Part shown: positions 18,494 through 27,625 of the stretch, piece after piece
Numbering within the stretch: position 1 is the first letter of the stretch
Layout: every line of letters begins with the position of its first letter
DNA from: a virus
Length of the DNA: 64,000 nucleotides
Virus record (IMG/VR): IMGVR_UViG_3300042560_001229
Location: 17,220-81,219 of that record
Reading direction: 5' to 3' (one strand)
Program-made: the position numbers and the translations under genes
The notes under the pieces: generated by a model
The model's database searches: none
What the model was told of the DNA's origin: nothing
Seen by the model: the letters and a program-made list of their open reading frames with translations, nothing else

Positions 18494-19492
18494 ATGCCAA
18501 AACTACTCAAGCGCAACGCCAACAGACCGACGCATCTCCCTACTCCGGTTCTGGAGCCGCACGCACACTACAAGAACGTGTGTCCTGTGTGTCTCGTGAC
18601 CAGCCAGTGCCGCTGCACATCCTCGTATAAGCGTATGAGCACCCACGTCTGCGCGACGTGCGTGAAGGAGATTGGCAGTCGTCCGGTGGACTTGTCCCTC
18701 CTGCCTCAGCCGCAGAAATCCGCCCACGCCCTCATGGGTAAGATGGTGACGTTTGAAGTGGATGGTGTTCGCATCGTGGGCCGCGTGGAGAAGCAAGTCA
18801 GTGCCGACAACTTTTCGATGAAGCTGGCCATGCCCGATGTGGATGGGATGCTGATTCTCACGGACAGCGAAATCGTCCATCCCGTCTCCGGTCTGGAGGA
18901 GGTAAGTGCCGTGGCCAACGCCAAGAAGATGCGCGTGTTCGAGGACACCGTGCCGTTTGAAATCGAACGCGGGAAGATGCAGACCATTCGTGATTCGGAC
19001 AAGGCGATCATGGATTATCAGGACGTGGTGATTGCCGGGTTCGCCTCCACGTTCAAGTCGGTGACGCCCGCTGATCGTGACGGGGACTACGTTCTGGAGA
19101 AGGCGTTCGACAAAACACTCATGGAGTTCCGCAAGAACCCGGTGATGCTCATTGACCATCAGAATCGGGTGGACTCGCTGGTGGGTTCCTACTCGAAGAT
19201 TGGCACGTCCGAGAGTGGCCTCGCGGTAGAGGGCCGGTTGAGCAACGCACCGGAGGTTCGCCGCGTGCGCTTCCTCGTAGCCGAGGGCCACTTGAAGGCG
19301 TTCAGCATCGGCGGCTTCTTCCTCTACGAGTCAGACGGCAAGGGCATCGGTGAAGTGAAGCTCTACGAGATTTCGCTCATCCCGATTCCGGCCAACCCCG
19401 ATTCCCTTTTCCACACGCGCTCGCTTGGCATGGGTGATGTCGTGAAGTGCTGGAACAACCACCGCAAGCATCTGCGGGCTTGGATTCGCTAA
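18494..19492 (+). CDS. Prohead protease (HK97/S78 family) with Cys-rich N-terminal extension
   Basis: IAGFAST..DRDGD..AF..NPVMLIDH..LKAFSIG..LYEISLIPIPANP. Confidence 0.9.
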   Translation: MPKLLKRNANRPTHLPTPVLEPHAHYKNVCPVCLVTSQCRCTSSYKRMSTHVCATCVKEIGSRPVDLSLLPQPQKSAHALMGKMVTFEVDGVRIVGRVEKQVSADNFSMKLAMPDVDGMLILTDSEIVHPVSGLEEVSAVANAKKMRVFEDTVPFEIERGKMQTIRDSDKAIMDYQDVVIAGFASTFKSVTPADRDGDYVLEKAFDKTLMEFRKNPVMLIDHQNRVDSLVGSYSKIGTSESGLAVEGRLSNAPEVRRVRFLVAEGHLKAFSIGGFFLYESDGKGIGEVKLYEISLIPIPANPDSLFHTRSLGMGDVVKCWNNHRKHLRAWIR

Positions 19493-19498
19493 CGTCCT

Positions 19499-20317
19499 AT
19501 GGCCGAAGTCGTTTTTAACCGCGTTGATTTTCATGTGCTGGTGTCGGAGAAACCGACATCGGCCCTTCGTATCAGCTACACGAATAACAACCCCGCGCCC
19601 ATGCCGGTGCTGGTGCAGGGTGACAAGGTGAGCGTGCGGGTGTTCCCTTACGTGCTGACTTCCGCTGGGGCGTTGGAGACATGCAATTTCGCCACCGGCT
19701 CGGTGGTGACTATCGGGGCGCTCGCCGCCAGTCCGATTGGCACTGATGAGTTGTTTGACAGCGGGACGTTTGCGATTGGGACGCCGGGTGCCGATGGGTT
19801 GCAGTTCTACGAAGCCACGGTGGGCATGAATACGGTGCCGATTGATACGCTGCTCGCCGGGGAGACGGAGGCGGAAATTCTGGTGAACATCCAAGTGGAG
19901 GATTTGGCTGGGGTGGCGGCTACGAAGCGCAAGACCATTGCCTACTTCGCGGCGACGTTGAAGGCGGATGTGCTATCCGAGGCCAGTGACCCCACACTCA
20001 GCACGGTGACGAAGTGGCCTGCGACGTTCTCAGTCATTTCTGCCAACGGCACGACGATGGTGGCAGGAGGGCGCTACGCACTGGACACCACTGCCGGTGC
20101 GCTGAGTATCACACTCCCTACTTCTCCGGCGATAGGGGCGACGATTGAATTGTTTGACGCGCAGGGGACATGGGGCACGAACAATGGCACGCTGATTCGC
20201 GGGGTGACTTCGCTGGAGGATATTGAAGACACTGCGGCGAGCCTGACCTTGAATGTCTCCGGTGCCCGCCTCATCCTCGAATACGTGAGCGGCGCAAAAG
20301 GCTGGAGGGTGAACTAA
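19499..20317 (+). CDS. Putative fibre/baseplate structural protein
   Basis: YALDTTAGALSITLPTSP..G and L.YVSG..GW motifs typical of fibre/wedge domains. Confidence 0.6.
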   Translation: MAEVVFNRVDFHVLVSEKPTSALRISYTNNNPAPMPVLVQGDKVSVRVFPYVLTSAGALETCNFATGSVVTIGALAASPIGTDELFDSGTFAIGTPGADGLQFYEATVGMNTVPIDTLLAGETEAEILVNIQVEDLAGVAATKRKTIAYFAATLKADVLSEASDPTLSTVTKWPATFSVISANGTTMVAGGRYALDTTAGALSITLPTSPAIGATIELFDAQGTWGTNNGTLIRGVTSLEDIEDTAASLTLNVSGARLILEYVSGAKGWRVN

Positions 20318-20322
20318 ACTTT

Positions 20323-21666
20323 ATGGCTCTACTATCCGACCTTTTAGCGACTCAGCAGAGTAACGCTCTGAAAGTTAATACCGTGGACGTTGTGGACAGC
20401 ACGGCGCGTCTTGAGTTGACCACGGCAACCGTTCGCGCCGGAGATTTCGTCCGTGAAGTTGGCCGCGCTGAAATCGCTAAACTAACGTGCCTCGGGAGCA
20501 CTTACACAGCGGGAGTCGCGGAAACCACGGAAATCACCTGTAACGGACAGGGAAGCCCCACGCTGGCAGGCACTTGCTTCTACCTCAGCACGCCGACGGA
20601 AGTTGTGTATGTCTGGTTCAGCGTTAACGGCGACGGCTCGGACCCTGGGGCGGCTGATCGCGGCATTGAAGTTCAAATCGGAATGTCGGAAACCGCGAAC
20701 GGTGTCGCGGCGGCTGTGCAAGCAGCCGTTGACTTGGATGCCGCGTTTTCCGCAACGGTGTCCGGCAATGTCGTCACAGTGGTCAACGCCGTCGCTGGTC
20801 TGACCCTGTTTGGCAGCATGGACGAAGATACAGGCTTCACAATTACCAATCCAGTGATCGGCGCGGACGCCACGCACACTCTGCAAGACAAGTTGCTCAC
20901 CCTCCGTAACGGCGCGGGAACGGGCATTTCAGTAGGTTTTTCGCTCGCGGGCAATGTCGGCAACATCGCCGTAACGCTGCCCCCGTCCACGCAGACCGCC
21001 GCACAGATCGCCGCGCTCACGCAAGCCGCGATTCACGCGCACGCAGACTTCAACGCCGTTCAAGGAACCGGGGGAGCAACGGCGGAAGTCACCGTTACGA
21101 ACGCCGCCCCCGGAATGACTGCGAACGCAAGCGCGGGAGACACAGGCTTCACAGTAACTACGCTCACGGAAGGCGTATCTGTTGGCCCCATATCTGTTCT
21201 GGTGGATGAAGCTCTGATTGCCAGCGAGACTGGATGGCGTAGCGATCTTCCTCAGTGTTTGGCGTGGATTCGTCATGCAACGTCCAACCAAACCATCGCG
21301 GCCAGTGTAGCGTCTAAGATATTATTCGGCGCTGGAGAACAGCTTGGTTGTCCTCACTACGATTCGGTTGAGAGTTGTTTCACCGTGCCCCGGACAGGGA
21401 AGTATCGTGTTACCCTCTACGCCAACACCGGGAATGCGACCGCCTCCAGAACAGACCTTCGCGTTTATGTGAACGATGCCCGCGCAACCGACAACGAGTG
21501 GCGCATTGAAAGACCCGCCAGAGCAAATGACGTGATGATCGGCGGTTCCATCGTTTGTCAATTCACTGCTGGCGACAGGCTGACTTTTTTCGTATGGCCG
21601 GAATCGGGGACGTTGACTCTTTATTCAGGAGTGAAGACTTACGCGCTTATTGAAAGACTGCTATGA
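20323..21666 (+). CDS. Putative tail fibre/receptor-binding protein with C1q-like C-terminus
   Basis: Internal repeat; C-terminal FTVPRTGKYRV..AGDRL. Confidence 0.65.
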   Translation: MALLSDLLATQQSNALKVNTVDVVDSTARLELTTATVRAGDFVREVGRAEIAKLTCLGSTYTAGVAETTEITCNGQGSPTLAGTCFYLSTPTEVVYVWFSVNGDGSDPGAADRGIEVQIGMSETANGVAAAVQAAVDLDAAFSATVSGNVVTVVNAVAGLTLFGSMDEDTGFTITNPVIGADATHTLQDKLLTLRNGAGTGISVGFSLAGNVGNIAVTLPPSTQTAAQIAALTQAAIHAHADFNAVQGTGGATAEVTVTNAAPGMTANASAGDTGFTVTTLTEGVSVGPISVLVDEALIASETGWRSDLPQCLAWIRHATSNQTIAASVASKILFGAGEQLGCPHYDSVESCFTVPRTGKYRVTLYANTGNATASRTDLRVYVNDARATDNEWRIERPARANDVMIGGSIVCQFTAGDRLTFFVWPESGTLTLYSGVKTYALIERLL

Positions 21667-22109
21667 TTCAACGTCGCACTTCCGCATTACCCTCGCCGCC
21701 AATGACTGATATTGCTGTCAGGCTGTCGGTGCTTTTCCCCGGCATTGATTTAGTGACTGACGTGGAAATCCGCGACGACGGCAGCGGGCCGCGCATCGCC
21801 GCGTGGCACCGCCCTGAACCTAAGCCGACTCCGGCAGAACTCGCTGCCGTGGTAGTCCCGCCGCCTGTGCTTGCGCTGACCGCTCGGCAGGCGAGACTCT
21901 GGTTGCTCTCTGCCGGATTGGATGACGCGGCGATTCGGGCGCAAATTGACGCCATTCCAGACAGCAATCAGCGCGCTGCCGCACTTGTGGAATGGGAGTA
22001 TTCCGTGACCATTCACAGCAATCACCCGCTTGTCTTGCTGATTGCCAGCGGTCTTGGTTTAAGTGACGTGCAGCTTCGAGCGGCATTCATCAACGGAGCG
22101 AGTCTGTAA
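21663..22109 (+). CDS. Fibre-associated protein (XkdW-like N-terminus)
   Basis: IRDDGSGPRIAAW..PKPTPAEL; TARQARLWL..EWEYS..HPLV. Confidence 0.65.
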   Translation: MIQRRTSALPSPPMTDIAVRLSVLFPGIDLVTDVEIRDDGSGPRIAAWHRPEPKPTPAELAAVVVPPPVLALTARQARLWLLSAGLDDAAIRAQIDAIPDSNQRAAALVEWEYSVTIHSNHPLVLLIASGLGLSDVQLRAAFINGASL

Positions 22110-22121
22110 CGATCAACTAAG

Positions 22122-22733
22122 GTGCGTTCCGCCTTCCTAATCCCATCTCGATTTCTTCCGCCGCCGCCCCTATTGAACTGCCTGTGGAGGGCGAGGATTT
22201 TCTTCGGCGGGCTGCTGTGGCTGATCGGGATGCCGAATCGCGGCTACTGGTTTTGGGACTTGCGAACCAAGGAACTTTGCTGGTGTGCGAACATGGAATC
22301 CGTCTATGGCGTCCCGCACGACCCGAAGGGCTACACGATAGGGGAGTATGACAGCCTGTTCGCCAGCGCACTTTGGGATGACCGAACCCGCTCCTATGTG
22401 AACTACGCGGTGGAGTTGGCGAAGCAAAGCCGCTCGGTATTTACCCATGATTTCCGCGTGCGCGACCAGACAACCAACGAGTTGAAGATCGTGCATGGTC
22501 GGGGCCAGTGGATTTACGAAAATGGCAAGCCTGTGGGCATGTTCGGCTACAACAGCGTCTATCGGCTCAACTCGAAGGACAAAGCCTTTGTTGACTCCGC
22601 GCTGGCCATTGAGGAGTTGCAGCACGCCGCCTCGAATCCGAACTGCCCTACCCCCGACACGATAAGCATTGCCTGTGGCTTGATGTCTATGGCACAGTGC
22701 TTTCACTCCCTAACTCACCATGTCCGAGGATGA
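22122..22733 (+). CDS. Stand-alone PAS-domain protein (start uncertain)
   Basis: WFWDLRT...W...ESVYG...DFRV..IVHGRGQ..ENGKPVGMFG is PAS_3-like. Confidence 0.7.
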   Translation: MRSAFLIPSRFLPPPPLLNCLWRARIFFGGLLWLIGMPNRGYWFWDLRTKELCWCANMESVYGVPHDPKGYTIGEYDSLFASALWDDRTRSYVNYAVELAKQSRSVFTHDFRVRDQTTNELKIVHGRGQWIYENGKPVGMFGYNSVYRLNSKDKAFVDSALAIEELQHAASNPNCPTPDTISIACGLMSMAQCFHSLTHHVRG

Positions 22734-23034
22734 GGCACTCAAAACAGGATTAGCGGCACTGGCCGAACTGACCAAGGAACTGCGCGAGCAGAAACTCAAA
22801 GAGTCGGGGATACCGCCGTGGGTTTCGGTGCTGGTAACTATCATGGTTCCGACGATTGGGCTGATCTTGTGGTTCGGGAAGCTGGACTCGCGGATGCAGA
22901 ATTTAGATCAGGCCAGCACGACTGCTCACAGGCGACTGGATGCCAGTGATCTCGTCATCAGAGAAAATGCCTCCAAGACCTCCCGCAGGTTGCGCGTGAT
23001 TGAAAGAAAGCTGGACTTGCCGGATGGGGAATGA
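22720..23034 (+). CDS. Single-TM protein (holin/antiholin-like)
   Basis: One TM followed by a coiled coil, in the lysis cassette. Confidence 0.55.
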   Translation: MSEDEALKTGLAALAELTKELREQKLKESGIPPWVSVLVTIMVPTIGLILWFGKLDSRMQNLDQASTTAHRRLDASDLVIRENASKTSRRLRVIERKLDLPDGE

Positions 23035-23046
23035 AACTGTTGCAAA
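23030..23046. repeat. 17-bp palindromic dispersed repeat
   Basis: AATGAAACTGTTGCAAA, spans a stop and precedes an ATG. Confidence 0.88.
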
Positions 23047-23047
23047 C

Positions 23048-23776
23048 ATGAGCCAGCGCACACGCAAGATAATCGCGCAGGTAGGCTTCGTCCTCCTATC
23101 CCTCGTCCTCATTTCCCTGTGCCTGATTTTCAGCGGATGCACCAGCAGGCCCGATAACCGCAAGTTGCTGGAGAAGCAGGCGGAAGTGACTCAGAATGTC
23201 GCCAAGGCCAAGGCTCATTTTGCAGCGGCGAGTGTGAAGCTGCGAGAGGCCAAAAAGAGCAACGCCAAGGCTGCGGAAAAGCAGGTGGAGGCGTTGCGCT
23301 GGATGACTCTGATCGTGCCTGCGGTGGAGCAACTGGCATTGAAGGTTCCTGATGACTTGAAGCCCGAAGTGGAGGCGCTGCGGCTCAAGGTGGAAAGTCT
23401 CAGTGCCGAGATTACAGCGGCGGTAGGAGCGACGGCGGAAACGAAGGTGGCCGTGGATGAAGCTGACAAGGAGCAGGACAGTGGTTTGGCGAGAATCGTA
23501 TCCGTGGAGGCTGCGATCAAGGAGATGAACGAGAAGTGGGGGCCGGAATACTTTGCCGAAGTGAATGCAATGGCAGAGGACAGGGATAGCCTGCGGAGTC
23601 GGCTGAACAAGGTGCTCGGCATCGTGGGTTTCCTTCTTGGTGGAGCCGCTTTTCTTGCATCCACCCGATTTACAAAAGTTGGCGTGCCTGCGACATGGGG
23701 CATTCCGGTAGGAGCCTTTGCCTTCGTCTATGCCGCGACGTTTTTCCTTGGCAGATGGGGGAAACTGTTCCAGTAG
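23048..23776 (+). CDS. Spanin-like lipoprotein with C-terminal TM segments
   Basis: Signal peptide ending IFSGC, long coiled coil, hydrophobic C-terminus. Confidence 0.65.
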   Translation: MSQRTRKIIAQVGFVLLSLVLISLCLIFSGCTSRPDNRKLLEKQAEVTQNVAKAKAHFAAASVKLREAKKSNAKAAEKQVEALRWMTLIVPAVEQLALKVPDDLKPEVEALRLKVESLSAEITAAVGATAETKVAVDEADKEQDSGLARIVSVEAAIKEMNEKWGPEYFAEVNAMAEDRDSLRSRLNKVLGIVGFLLGGAAFLASTRFTKVGVPATWGIPVGAFAFVYAATFFLGRWGKLFQ

Positions 23777-23796
23777 TGACCGCGAAACACTGACCT

Positions 23797-23943
23797 ATGA
23801 AACCCATCCTGCTACTCATCGCCGCCGTCCTTTGCATCGGTTGCGCCGCAAAGCGCGAACACTGGACGCAACGCCCGCCGACCGGCCCAGCGACGGAGCG
23901 CACGGTGGACGAGAAAGGCAACCCTTCTTTCGGAACCAAGTAA
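23797..23943 (+). CDS. Small lipoprotein (o-spanin-like)
   Basis: MKPILLLIAAVLCIGC lipobox with Pro-rich tail (not in the ORF track). Confidence 0.55.
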   Translation: MKPILLLIAAVLCIGCAAKREHWTQRPPTGPATERTVDEKGNPSFGTK

Positions 23944-23958
23944 CCAGAAAACCAACCC

Positions 23959-24315
23959 ATGAAAAAACTCATCAATCGTTTCGGACTTCCCGGAGTCCTC
24001 TTTACTGCCTGCATCGGCCTGTGGCTTCTGACCAGCATCTTCGCGGAGGACTTTCAAGCCAGCGTCGGCCCCGGCTTCCTCGCCCGCATCCCGACCAAGT
24101 TGGCGGTGCTGGCGGTCATTCTGGCATCGCTGAGGTTGGTCATTAAGTTCGCCTTCCCTTCCATTTATAGGTTCACGGATACGGAGGGCGGCAAGGTCGT
24201 TTCTGAGTTTGCGACTGCATGGCGTTCCCTCGAATCGAAACACAAAGTATGGATAAGCGTCATCACCTACCTCATCGCCTTGCTTGCACTCTCGCAGGCA
24301 TTTCTCTCCTCTTAG
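23959..24315 (+). CDS. Holin (about 3 TM)
   Basis: Three hydrophobic helices directly upstream of the endolysin. Confidence 0.65.
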   Translation: MKKLINRFGLPGVLFTACIGLWLLTSIFAEDFQASVGPGFLARIPTKLAVLAVILASLRLVIKFAFPSIYRFTDTEGGKVVSEFATAWRSLESKHKVWISVITYLIALLALSQAFLSS

Positions 24316-24977
24316 TGGCGATGGGCGGCACACCCGCCCGCCCGCAGCCTACGCCGCCAAAGGCTACTCCGCGTCCGGTGGTCATCGCCACGACGCCGAG
24401 TGACAAGAAGCTGCCTCCGGCCAAGGTGCCGCAGGCCACGCCCCAGCCGGTAGCTCCCGCAACTCCGGCACCCGCCACGCCTGCCCCGCGCAAGGTGCTT
24501 GGTGGACTGATTGCGGTGGACAGCAAGGCGCTGCTGAGAACATTCGCCTCCTATGTAGGAATCAAGGAGCAGCCGTTGGGCAGCAACAACGGCCCGATGG
24601 TCAGCAAGTTCAATGCGTCGTGCGGGTTTAAGCCCAGCGACCGCGCTCCGTGGTGTGCGTCGGTGGCGCACTATGGCTACCGGGTGAACGGCGCTCCCGA
24701 CCGCCCCGGTGCCTACTCTCCAAGCTGGTATGTCAAGGCTCGGGTGGTTCCGGCCAAGGATGTGCAGCCCGGTGACGTGGGGCTGGTCTGGTTTCCCTCG
24801 AAGAAACGCTATGCCCACACCATTGCCGCGATTGAGAAAGTGAACTGGTCAGGCCGCGTGGTGTCCTCCTACGTCACGCTGGAAGGAAACACCAATGCGA
24901 TGGGGAGTAGGGAGGGCGATCAGTTTGCTCGCCGCGTGCGCCCTGCCGATACGGTGACAGTGGTGCGGTGGAACTAA
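24219..24977 (+). CDS. CHAP-type endolysin with hydrophobic N-terminus and Pro/Ala linker (start uncertain)
   Basis: YVGIKE..SNNGP..PWCA..PGDVG..AHT..TLEGNTN. Confidence 0.82.
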   Translation: MAFPRIETQSMDKRHHLPHRLACTLAGISLLLVAMGGTPARPQPTPPKATPRPVVIATTPSDKKLPPAKVPQATPQPVAPATPAPATPAPRKVLGGLIAVDSKALLRTFASYVGIKEQPLGSNNGPMVSKFNASCGFKPSDRAPWCASVAHYGYRVNGAPDRPGAYSPSWYVKARVVPAKDVQPGDVGLVWFPSKKRYAHTIAAIEKVNWSGRVVSSYVTLEGNTNAMGSREGDQFARRVRPADTVTVVRWN

Positions 24978-24994
24978 TTTGCAACTGTTGCAAA
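24978..24994. repeat. 17-bp palindromic dispersed repeat upstream of the capsid promoter
   Basis: TTTGCAACTGTTGCAAA then TTGACT at 25002. Confidence 0.95.
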
Positions 24995-25135
24995 GTTTTT
25001 GTTGACTCGCTGTTCGCGCTCTGCTGATTTGCAGCGCAACGAAGAAAATCGAAAAAGCCTTGAGAGGGGAGTATCGAAGCCGCTTCGCAAAAGTCCAACT
25101 CAGCAAGTCAACTCAGTAAAAACCAAACTCATAAA

Positions 25136-26821
25136 ATGAAACTTACCCGCGATCAGAAAATTCGGCTCAAGGCACTTCTCTCCAAGGATGCGAAGTCCCT
25201 GACCGCCGACGAAACGACCGAACTCAACACCCTCACTGCGGCTGCAAAGGCTGCGAATTGGGACGCCGCCACCGACCCCATCGAAGATGAGGACGAGAAG
25301 GGGCTGACCGATGACGAAGTGAAGGGCATCGTGGTGGACGCGCTCAAGGGCATCGGCCTCGACGCTGAAACTGTCACCGCCATCAAGGACGGCCTCAAAG
25401 CCTCCGGCAAGTCGCTCACTGCCGAGGACGTGTCCACTGCCATCCAGAAGCATCTCGGCGGCAACGCCGTTGACCAGAAGGCTCTGACCGACGCCGTGAC
25501 CAAGGCGGTCAGCGCGCAGAAGGGTCTGACCGAAGCCGATCTGACCAAGGCTCTGGAGAACTTCTCCAAGAACCTCAAATCGCCCTCGCGTCACGAGTTC
25601 CCGGTCAACTCCGGCGAAGCCTCCTTCCCCATCGAGTCCCGCGCTGGCAACCTGACCGTTGGCCAGAAGCAGCTTCTCAATATCTGCATGATGCACGTTG
25701 GCGAGTCGGCCATTCTTTCCGGCAAGTCGGTTCGTCCGAAGTCCGAGAATGATGGCATCACCGCCGAGCAGTTGGCGCAGGCTTGCCGCAACGGTGAGTT
25801 CGTCAGCAAGACCATCCGCGCTGAGATGCTCAATGGTCGCAAGGCCATCACTGCTGGTGGTTCCGGCTCCGGTGCCGAACTGGTGAACACCGATCTGTCG
25901 AGCGATCTGCAAACCCGCCTCTATTTGGAGTCGGCGGTTGCAGCGGAGTTCGTCGGTCAGGAAATCCAGATGCCGACCAATCCGTTCCAGCTTCCGATGA
26001 CCACGACTCGTCCGTTCTTCCGTATCGGTGACGAGACTGGCTCGGTGCCCACGGCATCCACTCCGGCGACGACTCGCCCGACCCTCACGGCTGGCAAGCT
26101 GATCGGCATGTCCGAATACAGCTACGAGGCTGAGGAGGACGCGATCATCGCCATCCTGCCCATGCTGCAAGAGCAGTTGGGTTCGGCTGCGGCTGACGCC
26201 CTCGAAGGTGCCCTTATCAATGGTGACACCGGCACCCACATGGACGGCGACATCGAAGCTGTCTCCGGTCATTCGTCCAAGCTGTTCAAGGGCTTCCGCA
26301 GCCTCGCCTTGGACGCTGGTGGCATCTGCACTGTGGACATCTCCGCTGGTGGTATCAGCACCGACAACATCGGTTCCATGCGTAAGAACATGGGCAAGTA
26401 TGGCATCAAGCCGCGTGACCTTATCCTCATTGCCGGGCCGAAGGGCTACAACGATCTGGTGCAACTCGCGGAGACACTGACGTTCCAGAATGTCGGCACC
26501 GGCTCGCTGGCTCGCATCCTGACTGGTGACGCGCCTTCGCTGTTCGGTATGCGTATCATCACTTCGGCGCAGTGCCGCGAGGATTTGAATGCTGCCGGTG
26601 TTGATGAAGTCGCTGGCGTTGCTGACCGGGGCAGCATCCTCATCGTCCACAAACCGAGCTTCCTGCTCGGCGTGCGCCGGGGCTTCACCGTCGAAGTGGA
26701 CACTGACAAGCGGACGCAGATGAACTCTGTCATCGCCAGCTTCCGCCGCGCCTTCACTCCGAAGGAGACTCCTTCGACCACTGAGCCGATGGTGATTCTC
26801 GGATTCAAGCATGTGGCCTAA
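25136..26821 (+). CDS. Major capsid protein (HK97 fold) with long N-terminal scaffold domain
   Basis: KAITAGGSGSGAELV, KLIG..SYE.EEDAI, ALINGDTG, strong codon bias, downstream terminator. Confidence 0.92.
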   Translation: MKLTRDQKIRLKALLSKDAKSLTADETTELNTLTAAAKAANWDAATDPIEDEDEKGLTDDEVKGIVVDALKGIGLDAETVTAIKDGLKASGKSLTAEDVSTAIQKHLGGNAVDQKALTDAVTKAVSAQKGLTEADLTKALENFSKNLKSPSRHEFPVNSGEASFPIESRAGNLTVGQKQLLNICMMHVGESAILSGKSVRPKSENDGITAEQLAQACRNGEFVSKTIRAEMLNGRKAITAGGSGSGAELVNTDLSSDLQTRLYLESAVAAEFVGQEIQMPTNPFQLPMTTTRPFFRIGDETGSVPTASTPATTRPTLTAGKLIGMSEYSYEAEEDAIIAILPMLQEQLGSAAADALEGALINGDTGTHMDGDIEAVSGHSSKLFKGFRSLALDAGGICTVDISAGGISTDNIGSMRKNMGKYGIKPRDLILIAGPKGYNDLVQLAETLTFQNVGTGSLARILTGDAPSLFGMRIITSAQCREDLNAAGVDEVAGVADRGSILIVHKPSFLLGVRRGFTVEVDTDKRTQMNSVIASFRRAFTPKETPSTTEPMVILGFKHVA

Positions 26822-26850
26822 GCCGTAGCCTTTAGGGGAACCGCAAATAG

Positions 26851-26890
26851 AAGCCCGCTCTCGTTTCATGGCGAGGGCGGGCTTTCTTTT
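26851..26890 (+). terminator. Rho-independent terminator
   Basis: AAGCCCGCTCTCG..CGAGGGCGGGCTT followed by a T tract. Confidence 0.85.
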
Positions 26891-26929
26891 GTGTTGCGAA
26901 ACTGGCTGGTGTGGGCGTAGGGTCTGGCC

Positions 26930-27397
26930 ATGAGAAAAGTCACCTATATCGGAGCGCCAACCCTCCTAGCCCGTCACGGAAACATCAAATCAGGGGACAC
27001 GATTTACATGCGCGAAAGCGAATGGGATACCGTGAAGAATGACCCGCAGCGTTTTCAACTGGACAGCGACACAGCGGAGTTGCGCGACAGTTCCGGCGTC
27101 AGCGTCAAGCCACAGAAGACCAACAAGTTTGACCTTCGCACGATTCATTGGAGCAGCCGACCATTGGGGCGTTACCTTGGCCGGTTCAATATGAGCAAGC
27201 TGAACAAGGTGGCTGAGGCCATGAACTCGCTGGGACTGCCGGTGCTGTGCGGGCGAGGCTGCAACGCTGTGGATATTTTGGATTCGATTCAGCATCATGC
27301 GGTGACGCAGGGCTGGGATAAGTTGAGTCGCACTGACTGCCTGACCAGCGGCACGCACAAGCCGCGTGTGCGGGAACGCCACGCAGCAGCCGCGTAA
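26930..27397 (+). CDS. Hypothetical head-region protein
   Basis: ORF after the capsid gene. Confidence 0.65.
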   Translation: MRKVTYIGAPTLLARHGNIKSGDTIYMRESEWDTVKNDPQRFQLDSDTAELRDSSGVSVKPQKTNKFDLRTIHWSSRPLGRYLGRFNMSKLNKVAEAMNSLGLPVLCGRGCNAVDILDSIQHHAVTQGWDKLSRTDCLTSGTHKPRVRERHAAAA

Positions 27398-27414
27398 TTT
27401 GCAACTGTTGCAAA
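27398..27414. repeat. 17-bp palindromic dispersed repeat
   Basis: TTTGCAACTGTTGCAAA fills the gap between a stop and an ATG. Confidence 0.95.
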
Positions 27415-27415
27415 C

Positions 27416-27622
27416 ATGAACAAAGCCACCGTTACCCGTTTGCTGGAAGGATTGAGTCTTCCCGATGCTGAGGCTCGGCTGTGGACTGAACGCATCAAGA
27501 AGGCCGACGATGGGCAGCAGGATGGCCGGGAGGAGTTGCAGCGGTGCTACGATCAGTTGGTTCGCAAGGTGGGCGTAGCCGGTCATCAGCACAAGCGTTC
27601 ACCCATCCATCACACCCGATAA
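27416..27622 (+). CDS. Hypothetical protein
   Basis: ORF in operon context. Confidence 0.5.
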   Translation: MNKATVTRLLEGLSLPDAEARLWTERIKKADDGQQDGREELQRCYDQLVRKVGVAGHQHKRSPIHHTR

Positions 27623-27625
27623 GTT

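Noticed and set aside
19499-22109. Diversity-generating retroelement acting on the fibre
   Set aside because: No reverse transcriptase and no TR/VR repeat pair seen in this window
25100-26869. Long minus-strand ORFs (also 50625-51926, 34451-35701, 62321-63439, 29802-30968)
   Set aside because: Antisense shadows of GC-biased plus-strand genes, with no recognisable motifs
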